Positions 56,948 to 64,000 of a stretch of DNA of 64,000 nt are shown here, in pieces (position 1 is the first letter of the stretch; each line of letters opens with the position of its first letter). Under the pieces are notes generated by a model. The model was not told the origin of the DNA and searched no databases. It saw only the letters and a program-made list of their open reading frames with translations. The position numbers and the translations under genes are program-made. Location of the stretch: contig OY969934.1 in assembly GCA_963704725.1 (NCBI GenBank), positions 928,001 to 992,000 of the forward strand, read 5' to 3'. This stretch comes from an uncultured Actinomycetes bacterium (GTDB lineage Bacteria > Actinomycetota > UBA4738 > HRBIN12).

Positions 56948-58333
56948 ATGCTCGACCGCGATCTCGCCACGGAGGTCCTGCGCGCCGCCCGGAAGCGAGG
57001 CGGAGCGTTCGCGGAGCTGTACGTCGAGGAGCGCGTGGGCTTCTCCGTCCGGCTGGACGACGGGAAGGTCGAGGAGCTCACCAGCGGCATCGACCGGGGC
57101 GCCGGCGTCCGCGTCGGTCACGGGACGTCCTTCGGATACGCGTACTCCAACCGGCTGGACCGCGACTCGCTGCTGCAGGCGGCCGAGGCGGCCGCCGCAT
57201 CGGTCATCGAGGACGGAACGGGCTCCGTCACCGATCTGCGCTCGCTCGAGCCGCCCGTCGTCCACGAGGCCGTCCGGGAGGCCGCGTCGGCCGGGCCCGG
57301 CGACAAGGTGGCGTGGGTGCGGGAGGCCGACGCCGCCGCGCGCGCCATCAGCCCCGAGGTTCGCCAGGTCACGGCCGTCTACGCGGATTCGTTGCAGCGC
57401 ATGGTGGTGGCGACGTCGGACGGGCGGTGGGTGGAGGAGGTGCGCCCCAGGATCCGGCTCGTGGTGAACGTGGTCGCGGCGCGCGACGGCGCCATTCAGA
57501 CGGGGTTCCACGGACCGGCCGGTCTGGCCGGCCTCGAGTTCCTCGACGCCAACCCGCCGGCGGCCACCGCCGAGGTCGCGGCGCGGCGAGCCGTCACCAT
57601 GCTCGACGCGCAGCCCGCGCCGGCCGGCCAGATGGCGGCGGTCCTCGCGCCCGGCATGGGCGGCGTGTTGTTCCACGAGGCGGTGGGTCATCCGCTCGAG
57701 GCCGACATCGTGGACAAGGAGGCCAGCGTGTACCGGGGGCGGATCGGGGAGCGGCTCGCCTCGGACATCCTGAGCGGCGTGGACGACGCGACGGTCCCCA
57801 ACGCGTGGGGCTCCTTCTCCTTCGACGACGAGGGCGCGCCCGCGCAGCGGACGGTGCTGTTCGAGGACGGCGTGCTCCGAGGCTGGCTCTACGATCGCCT
57901 GCGCGCCGAGAAGGATGCCGTGGCGTCGAGCGGCAACGGCCGGCGACAGTCGTACGCGCATCCGCCGATCCCTCGGATGACCAACACGTACATCCTGAAC
58001 GGCGCGTCCCGGCCCGACGAGCTGCTCTCGTCCACGGAGCGAGGCATCTACGTGACCTCCCTGGCGGGCGGCCAGACCAACCCCGCCACCGGCGACTTCG
58101 TGTTCGGGTGCTCCGAGGCCTTCCTGATCGAGGCCGGCAGGGTCACGACCCCGCTGCGGGGGGCCAACCTCATCGGGCGGGCCATCGAGGTGATGTCGAG
58201 CGTCGACGGGATCGCCGACGACTTCGACATCTGGCCGGGCGTCTGCGGCAAGGAGGGCCAGAGCGTGCCCGTCGGGAGCGGCTCGCCCACCTTGCGGATC
58301 TCGAAGATCACGATCGGAGGGACGAGTGCCTGA
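56948..58333 (+). CDS. tldD: TldD metalloprotease subunit
   Basis: HEAVGHPLEAD zinc motif, DDEG, SGNGRRQSY, PRMTNT and GVCGKEGQ motifs. Confidence 0.95.
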   Translation: MLDRDLATEVLRAARKRGGAFAELYVEERVGFSVRLDDGKVEELTSGIDRGAGVRVGHGTSFGYAYSNRLDRDSLLQAAEAAAASVIEDGTGSVTDLRSLEPPVVHEAVREAASAGPGDKVAWVREADAAARAISPEVRQVTAVYADSLQRMVVATSDGRWVEEVRPRIRLVVNVVAARDGAIQTGFHGPAGLAGLEFLDANPPAATAEVAARRAVTMLDAQPAPAGQMAAVLAPGMGGVLFHEAVGHPLEADIVDKEASVYRGRIGERLASDILSGVDDATVPNAWGSFSFDDEGAPAQRTVLFEDGVLRGWLYDRLRAEKDAVASSGNGRRQSYAHPPIPRMTNTYILNGASRPDELLSSTERGIYVTSLAGGQTNPATGDFVFGCSEAFLIEAGRVTTPLRGANLIGRAIEVMSSVDGIADDFDIWPGVCGKEGQSVPVGSGSPTLRISKITIGGTSA

Positions 58334-59663
58334 CCTGCAGGCCCTCGTCGACGCCGCGATCGGCGCGGCGGGCGAGGGGGAGGAGGTGGAGGCCTACGCG
58401 GAGGAGTCGCGGCGCACCGAGGTCGAGGCGCGACGGGGCGAGATCGAGGGGCTCACGTCCGCCGAGAGCCGGGGGCTCGGCGTTCGGGTGATCTCCGGCG
58501 GCCGGCTCGGCTTCGCGTACGCGGCCGACCCGTCGCCCGACGAGGTCCGCCAGACCGTCCTTCGCGCCCGCGAGAACGCGGCGCTCGCCTCGGCGGACGA
58601 GCACAACGTGCTCCCCGCGGCCGAGCCCTTCGAGCCGATCGAGGGCGTGTACTTCGAGGAGCAGGCATCCATGGCGCCGGAGGCGAAGGTCGATCTGGCA
58701 CTCGGCCTGGAGCGCGTGGCGACGTCCACCGATCCGCGCGTCACGAAGATCGAGGCCTGCTCCTTCGGCGACGCCGTGGGCCGCGTCTGGGTGGCCTCGA
58801 CGTCCGGCGTCTCGGCCGGGTTCGAGCGGACGGGCTGCTGGTGCGTCGCCGTCACGCTCGCCGAGCAGGACGGCGACACGCAGACGGGGTTCTCGTTCCA
58901 GGTGGCGCACCGGGTCGCCGACCTCGATCCCGACGGCGTGGCTCGCGAGGCGGCCGAGCGTGCGGCCAGGATGCTCGGCGCGACGAAACCGCCCACACAA
59001 CGCGTCCCGGTCCTTCTCGACCCGTTCGCCGCCTCGTCGTTCCTCGGCGTGCTCGCCGGCGCGCTCTCGGCGGAGGCGGTCCAGAAGGGCCGGTCGTTGT
59101 TCGCGGACCTGGTGGGGGAGCGCGTCGGCGCGGAGGCGTTCACGCTCGTCGACGACGGCCGGCTCCTGCAGGGCCCGTCGGCCTCTCCCTTCGACGACGA
59201 GGGCTTCCCGACGGGTCGGACCGAGCTGATCACCGGCGGCGTGCTGAACGGGTTCCTCCACAACACGTACACGGCCCGGCGCGGAGCCACGCGCTCGACG
59301 GGCAACGCCAGCCGCGCGGGTTACCGATCGACGCCGGGCGTGGGAACGTCGAACTTCTACGTCGAGCCGGGCGAACGCCCCGTGCCCGACCTGCTCCGTG
59401 CCGCCGAGGGCGGGATCCTGATCCAGGACGTCTCCGGCGTGCACTCGGGCGCGAACCCCATCAGCGGCGAGTTCTCCGTGGGCGCGACGGGGTTGCGGAT
59501 CTCGGGCGGCGCGGTGAGCGAGCCCGTGCGCGAGATGACGGTCGCCAGCACCGTCCCCGAGATGCTCCGCGGGATCACGGCCGTGGGCGACGACCTACGC
59601 TTCTTCTCCTCCGTCGGCACCCCGAGCATCCTCATCGGCGAGATGACCGTCGCCGGCGTCTGA
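58326..59663 (+). CDS. pmbA: PmbA/TldE metalloprotease subunit
   Basis: FDDEG, STGNA, SGEFS motifs; lacks HExxxH; downstream of tldD. Confidence 0.92.
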   Translation: MPDLQALVDAAIGAAGEGEEVEAYAEESRRTEVEARRGEIEGLTSAESRGLGVRVISGGRLGFAYAADPSPDEVRQTVLRARENAALASADEHNVLPAAEPFEPIEGVYFEEQASMAPEAKVDLALGLERVATSTDPRVTKIEACSFGDAVGRVWVASTSGVSAGFERTGCWCVAVTLAEQDGDTQTGFSFQVAHRVADLDPDGVAREAAERAARMLGATKPPTQRVPVLLDPFAASSFLGVLAGALSAEAVQKGRSLFADLVGERVGAEAFTLVDDGRLLQGPSASPFDDEGFPTGRTELITGGVLNGFLHNTYTARRGATRSTGNASRAGYRSTPGVGTSNFYVEPGERPVPDLLRAAEGGILIQDVSGVHSGANPISGEFSVGATGLRISGGAVSEPVREMTVASTVPEMLRGITAVGDDLRFFSSVGTPSILIGEMTVAGV

Positions 59664-60325
59664 TGCCCGGCCGAGCCGATCGGGTCGAGGTCTACCTCGA
59701 AGCCGGAACCAAGCGCACGTTCGCCGGATCGATCGATTGGCCGGGGTGGTGTCGGGGCGGCCGGGACGAGGAGGCCGCCCTCGACGCGCTGATCGGCGCC
59801 GCCAAGAGGTACGCGCGTGCCCTCCGGGGCACGCGGCTCGGATTCGTGTCGCCGGCCGATCCGTCCCGGCTCGAGGTCGTCGAGCGGCTGACCGGCGACG
59901 CCTCGACGGACTTCGGTGTGCCGGGCGCCGTACCGTCCGCCGACTCGCGTCCCGTGGACGAGACCGAGCTGCGCCGGCTCGGGTCCGTCCTGCGAGCATC
60001 GTGGCGAGCCCTGGACGCCGCGGCCGAGGCGGCCGTGGGAAGGACGCTCGCGACGGGACCGCGGGGGGGCGGCAGGAGCCTGCCGAGGATCCTGGAGCAC
60101 GTCTCGAGCTCCGAGCCCGGCTACGTCGCGATGCTCGGCCGCAAGCTCGACGCGGGGGACGATCCCCGCCGGGCCGTGCTGGACGCGCTCGAGACGGCCG
60201 TTCGCGACGGGGTTCCGCCGGCCGGACCGCGCGGGGGAAAGCGATGGACCCCGCGCTCCTTCGTCCGCCGAGAGGCCTGGCACGTGCTCGATCACGCCTG
60301 GGAGATCGAGGACCGCTCGGCCTGA
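59663..60325 (+). CDS. hypothetical protein with DinB-like C-terminus
   Basis: WPGWCR N-terminal motif, ILEHV..E, RREAWHVLDHAWEIEDR. TGATG coupling to pmbA. Confidence 0.75.
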   Translation: MPGRADRVEVYLEAGTKRTFAGSIDWPGWCRGGRDEEAALDALIGAAKRYARALRGTRLGFVSPADPSRLEVVERLTGDASTDFGVPGAVPSADSRPVDETELRRLGSVLRASWRALDAAAEAAVGRTLATGPRGGGRSLPRILEHVSSSEPGYVAMLGRKLDAGDDPRRAVLDALETAVRDGVPPAGPRGGKRWTPRSFVRREAWHVLDHAWEIEDRSA

Positions 60326-60331
60326 TCCGGC

Positions 60332-61174
60332 TCAGATCGTGCCGGGGCGCGTCCCCGTCGCGATCACGACGAAGCACACCGCCGCGGCCGCGAGCCGATA
60401 CCACAGGAACATCGAGAAGTCCCGGCGCCGCAGGTACGAGAGCAGGAACGCGATCACCGCGAAACCCGAGACGGCCGAGGCGACGACGCCGGCGGCGAAC
60501 GCCCCGCCCATGCCGGCGGGGATCCCGTCCCGGGCCAGGCTGATGCCCTTGTAGAGCCCGGCCCCGGCGATGATGGGCAGGGCCAGGAGGAAGGAGAAGC
60601 GGGCGGCGGCCGGCCGGTCGAACCCCATGGCGCGCGCCGCCGTGATCGTGACGCCCGAACGCGACACGCCGGGCTGGAGCGCGACCGCCTGGGCCACACC
60701 GAGCCACCATCCGTTGCGGACCGAGAGATCCTCCAGATGCCGCCGGGTCGACGCGGCGCGGTCGACGAGGTACAGGACCACGCCGAACGCGGCGAGCATC
60801 GTCGCGATGAGCCAGGGCTGCCCCAGCTTGTCCTCGATCACGCTCTGGAAGGCCGCGCCGAGCACGACGCCCGGGACCGTGCCGAGGACGATGGCCCAGG
60901 CCAGGCGCTCGTCCACGTCGCGGACGGCCCGCGCGCGGATCGAGCGAACCCACGCCGCCAAGTATCGGGCCACGTCGCTGCGGAAGTAGACGAGCGCGCC
61001 GGCCAGCGTTCCGATGTGCAGGGCGACATCGAAGGTCTTGTTCAGGGCAGGGTCGTTCAGGATCGACCAGTGGAACAGCCACGGCACGAGGATCAGATGG
61101 CCGGAGCTCGACACCGGGGCGAACTCGGTCACGCCCTGCGTGATGCCGAGCACGATCGCCTGGAAGATGCTCAG
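60332..61174 (-). CDS. uppP: undecaprenyl-diphosphate phosphatase (probable CTG start)
   Basis: QGVTEFAPVSSSGH, LHIGT, PGVSRSG, AARFSFLL and WYR motifs. CTG at 61174 follows a GAAGGGAG RBS. Confidence 0.95.
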   Translation of the reverse strand: MSIFQAIVLGITQGVTEFAPVSSSGHLILVPWLFHWSILNDPALNKTFDVALHIGTLAGALVYFRSDVARYLAAWVRSIRARAVRDVDERLAWAIVLGTVPGVVLGAAFQSVIEDKLGQPWLIATMLAAFGVVLYLVDRAASTRRHLEDLSVRNGWWLGVAQAVALQPGVSRSGVTITAARAMGFDRPAAARFSFLLALPIIAGAGLYKGISLARDGIPAGMGGAFAAGVVASAVSGFAVIAFLLSYLRRRDFSMFLWYRLAAAAVCFVVIATGTRPGTI

Positions 61175-61242
61175 GGGGAGGCTCCCTTCGGTCGGGAAAC
61201 GGCGGCAATCCTAGCGGGCGTTCCTGGGAGCAGCCTGGGGAG

Positions 61243-61911
61243 TCATCCCTCCGACGAAGGGACGATGGAGACGGCGAGGTCCGCGAAGGCCGCGGCGTAG
61301 GCGAGCTCCTCCGCGATCTGCGGTCCGACGAGGAGCACGAGCGACGGCCCGGCGGCCCCCGACGCCGAGAGCGCCCCCTCCTGCGCCCGGACCACGGTCA
61401 GCACCTCGAGGTCGCTCGCGACGGTGTCCGTGTACGGGCGCGGCCCGCCGAACGTGGCCAGCACGTCGACGCGGTCCCCGGGCCTGACCGTTCCCGCGGC
61501 GGAGGCGACGCGGATGGCGAAGGCCCGAAGGCCCGCCGGGACGAGCGAGGCCACGGGTCCGCCCGAGGTCCCGACGCGCGTCCGGGTGACCGTCTCTCCC
61601 TCCGCAAGGTCGGAGACGAGGGTCCGGCCGGCGAGCGCGTGGGGCGAGGCGATCCGGCCCGGCGGGGCGAACGCGGCCGGGACGAGCCGGACGCGGAGGT
61701 CGTCCTCGGCGAGGGCGTCGCCCCGTTCCAGCGTGCGCGCCGCGACCACGACGGGAACGGGGTCGCCGGCGACCGGTCGAAGAGCGTCCAGCCGCGCCGC
61801 GTATCCGTCGACGAGCAGGAAGGCCGCCGCGCCGCTCAGGACGGCCAGGACCGCGAACGCCTTCGACCGATGAGCCCATCTCCGGGCGAACGGACCTCGC
61901 GCGAGCAGCAC
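61243..61911 (-). CDS. SAF/RcpC-CpaB family (Flp pilus assembly CpaB-like) protein
   Basis: N-terminal TM, VVVAARTLERG SAF domain, PAGLRAFAI..VRPGDRVDVL. Confidence 0.85.
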   Translation of the reverse strand: MLLARGPFARRWAHRSKAFAVLAVLSGAAAFLLVDGYAARLDALRPVAGDPVPVVVAARTLERGDALAEDDLRVRLVPAAFAPPGRIASPHALAGRTLVSDLAEGETVTRTRVGTSGGPVASLVPAGLRAFAIRVASAAGTVRPGDRVDVLATFGGPRPYTDTVASDLEVLTVVRAQEGALSASGAAGPSLVLLVGPQIAEELAYAAAFADLAVSIVPSSEG

Positions 61912-61956
61912 GGCCGGGACGTTACCGGCGAGCGGCTCTCCGCGCTGTGAACGGGA

Positions 61957-62136
61957 TCACAGCGCGCGCGGCTTCTTCGGCGGGGTCAGCGGCAGCTCGC
62001 GCACGCGGAAGTCCTCGAGGTTGTCGCGCCCCACGATCATCGCCACGGACTCCCGCACCCGGTCGGCGAGCTGCCCGGTGTCGTCCTCCGCGCGGAACCG
62101 GATCTCGATCGTCACGAGGACGGGTTCGCGCGCCAC
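61957..62136 (-). CDS. small hypothetical protein (59 aa, not in ORF track)
   Basis: GTG 1 nt after the mtnP stop, strongly GC3-biased codons, VAREPVLVTIEIRFRAEDD...PKKPRAL; fills the gap between mtnP and the cpaB-like gene. Confidence 0.7.
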   Translation of the reverse strand: MAREPVLVTIEIRFRAEDDTGQLADRVRESVAMIVGRDNLEDFRVRELPLTPPKKPRAL

Positions 62137-62137
62137 G

Positions 62138-62932
62138 TCAGGCCTCGAACGTGGCGCCCTGCAACGCGGTGGCGCACACGCAGTCGCGCGCTTCGGGGAG
62201 CTCGGGGATCGTCGCGAACAGCAGCTCTCGAAGCTTGGAGTTGTTCTCGTTGAACACGCGGATCACCTCGTCGTTGGTCACGGGGGGGATACCCTCGACC
62301 CCGACGTCGTAGTCGGTGATCAGCGAGATGTTGGCGTAGCAGAGCTCGAGCTCCCGTGCCAGCACCGCCTCGGGGTACTGGGTCATGTTGATGACCTCCC
62401 ACCCGGCCGCCTTGAACCAGGCCGACTCGGCGCGAGTGGAGAACCTGGGGCCCTCGATCACGACCACCGTCCCCCGGTCGTGCACGGGGATGCCGAGGGC
62501 TCGGGCCCGCTCGATCGCCACCCCGCGCATCGTCGGGCAGTACGGGTCCGCGAACGCGATGTGCGTGGTCACCGGCCCGTCGTAGAAGGTGTTGGGCCGG
62601 GCTCGCGTCCGGTCGACGAGCTGGTCGCAGATCACGAACTCGCCCGGCTTCACGTGCTCCTGGAGTGAGCCGCACGCGTTCGGGCCGATCACGCGGCTCA
62701 CGCCGAGCTCCTTCATGGCCCACAGGTTCGCGAGGTAGGGGATCTTGTGCGGCGGGTACTCGTGTTTGGGCCCGTGCCGGGGGATGAAGGCCACGCGCCG
62801 CCCGCCGACCTCGCCGACGACCGGCGGCGCGGCGGGCGGGCCGTAGGGCGTCTCGACCTCGACGACCTCGGTCTCGTCCAGGAACGAGGAGAAGCCGGAG
62901 CCTCCGAACACCCCGATCTCCGCCGTCGTCAC
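62138..62932 (-). CDS. mtnP: S-methyl-5'-thioadenosine phosphorylase
   Basis: IGVFGGSG, ETPYG, PRHG, CGSL, EGPRFSTRAES, INMT and TDYD motifs. AAGGAGG RBS. Confidence 0.95.
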   Translation of the reverse strand: MTTAEIGVFGGSGFSSFLDETEVVEVETPYGPPAAPPVVGEVGGRRVAFIPRHGPKHEYPPHKIPYLANLWAMKELGVSRVIGPNACGSLQEHVKPGEFVICDQLVDRTRARPNTFYDGPVTTHIAFADPYCPTMRGVAIERARALGIPVHDRGTVVVIEGPRFSTRAESAWFKAAGWEVINMTQYPEAVLARELELCYANISLITDYDVGVEGIPPVTNDEVIRVFNENNSKLRELLFATIPELPEARDCVCATALQGATFEA

Positions 62933-63259
62933 GACGGCGACGCCTCCTTGGGCGCGGCCTTCGCGGGGCCCGATCCCGAGGACGTGGTCCGAGTCCGGCC
63001 CGGACGAGGACGGTCCCGAGTCCGACGGGGGTTTGCCCTCGCCCCGGCGGTCCTTCTTCGTCGCGGCCGATGGTTTGGAGCCCGAGCGGCTGTCGGTGGC
63101 GTAGAAGCCCGAGCCCTTGAACACGATCCCGGCCGGGTGGAACACCTTGCGGAGCGGGCCGCCGCACACGCCGCACGTGGTGAGCGCGTCCTCCGTGAAG
63201 CGCTGGAAGACCTCGATGTGCTGTCCGCAGGACGTGCACTCGTACTCGTACGTCGGCAC
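62929..63259 (-). CDS. FmdB family zinc-ribbon protein (probable 1-bp frameshift at ~62990)
   Basis: VPTYEYECTSCG..CGVCGG..FKGSGFYATD. The low-complexity tail continues in the adjacent frame to a TGA overlapping the mtnP GTG. Confidence 0.85.
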
Positions 63260-63367
63260 GCCTGGGAGTGTAGCCGAGCGGATGTCGGCCACCGGAGGGA
63301 TGCATGCCGTGGGGACGCCGAGGGTATGCTCCGGGCCCCGACGGCCCCGACCCGGAGGAGAGGGGAC

Positions 63368-64000
63368 ATGCCGAAGGTCCAGAAGGTCCGCAAGGCGGTC
63401 ATCCCGGCGGCCGGGCTCGGCACTCGGTTCCTGCCCGCGACGAAGGCCCAGCCGAAGGAGATGCTCCCCCTCCTGGACAAGCCGGCGATCCAGTACGTGG
63501 TCGAGGAGGCGGTCCGGGTCGGGCTCACCGACATCCTGATCATCACCGGACGCGGCAAGCGCTCGATCGAGGATCACTTCGACCGGTCGATCGAGCTCGA
63601 GCACTTCCTGGAGTCCAAGGGGAAGTTCGACGAGCTGAAGCAGGTCCGCGAGATCTCCGACATGGCCACGATCCACTACATCCGCCAGCGCGATCCCCTC
63701 GGGCTCGGGCACGCGGTCGCCGTGGCGGAGGAGCACGTCGGCGACGAGCCCTTCGCCGTGCTGCTCGGCGACGACATCATGGCCGAGTCCAACCCGCTGC
63801 TGTCCGAGATGCTGCGGATCCACGAGCGTTACGGACGGAGCGTCCTCGCGGCGATGCAGGTCTTCCGCGACGAGATCAGCCTCTACGGCTGCATCGAGCC
63901 GGAGTTCGTAGAGGAGGACCGCCTGGCGCGGGTCCTGTCGATCGTGGAGAAGCCCGATCCGGACTCCGCGCCGTCCAACCTGGCGGCGATCGGCCGGTAC
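63368..64000 (+). CDS. galU: UTP--glucose-1-phosphate uridylyltransferase, 3' truncated by window
   Basis: KAVIPAAGLGTRFLPATKAQPKEMLP, EDHFD, RQ..PLGLGHAV, LLGDD and VEKP motifs. GGAGGAGAGG RBS. Confidence 0.96.
   Translation, partial: MPKVQKVRKAVIPAAGLGTRFLPATKAQPKEMLPLLDKPAIQYVVEEAVRVGLTDILIITGRGKRSIEDHFDRSIELEHFLESKGKFDELKQVREISDMATIHYIRQRDPLGLGHAVAVAEEHVGDEPFAVLLGDDIMAESNPLLSEMLRIHERYGRSVLAAMQVFRDEISLYGCIEPEFVEEDRLARVLSIVEKPDPDSAPSNLAAIGRY

Noticed and set aside
61243-61911. Tad/Flp pilus locus
   Set aside because: Only a lone CpaB-like gene; no pilin, ATPase or TadB/C in the window.
1-64000. tRNA, rRNA, CRISPR arrays, IS elements, integrases, prophage or defence genes
   Set aside because: None recognisable. 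Nearly all sequence is accounted for by the listed CDS, and the intergenic gaps show no such signatures.

Overview
High-GC, gene-dense chromosomal window from what looks like an Actinomycetota bacterium. This assignment is inferred from the GC-rich codon usage, SigB/RsbW/STAS module, ECF sigma-YciI cluster, GT-C mannosyltransferase-like gene and many apparently leaderless genes. I can support about 60 CDS, and found no rRNA, tRNA, CRISPR array, transposase or phage gene. Main blocks: (1) hydrolase, CoxL-like molybdoenzyme and FAD oxidase; (2) two YciI/DGPF genes followed by an ECF42-type sigma factor that runs in-frame into a MerR-like HTH and class III adenylate cyclase; (3) TetR-controlled DrrAB-type exporter; (4) two-component systems, a sulfite-oxidase-family enzyme, mgsA, and a multi-TM histidine kinase preceded by an unannotated 35-aa peptide gene; (5) metF and a giant secreted multicopper oxidase with FN3 repeats that carries a 1-bp frameshift; (6) a ~16 kb catabolic cluster (XRE-cupin regulator, three amidohydrolases with one fused to an ABC permease, sugar-type ABC importer, M24 hydrolase, E1 alpha/beta with no adjacent E2/E3, bicupin, SDR, 3-hydroxyacid dehydrogenase); (7) SigB stress module; (8) housekeeping genes (mmuM, rlmN, ABC-F, tldD/pmbA, uppP, cpaB-like, mtnP, fmdB-like, galU). 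The best novelty candidates are the peptide/membrane-kinase pair, the ABC permease-amidohydrolase fusion with its pathway, and the ECF42-adenylate cyclase linkage. Two probable single-base insertions in the window mean in-frame fusions should be checked against raw reads. All family calls come from reading motifs by eye; no database search was run.
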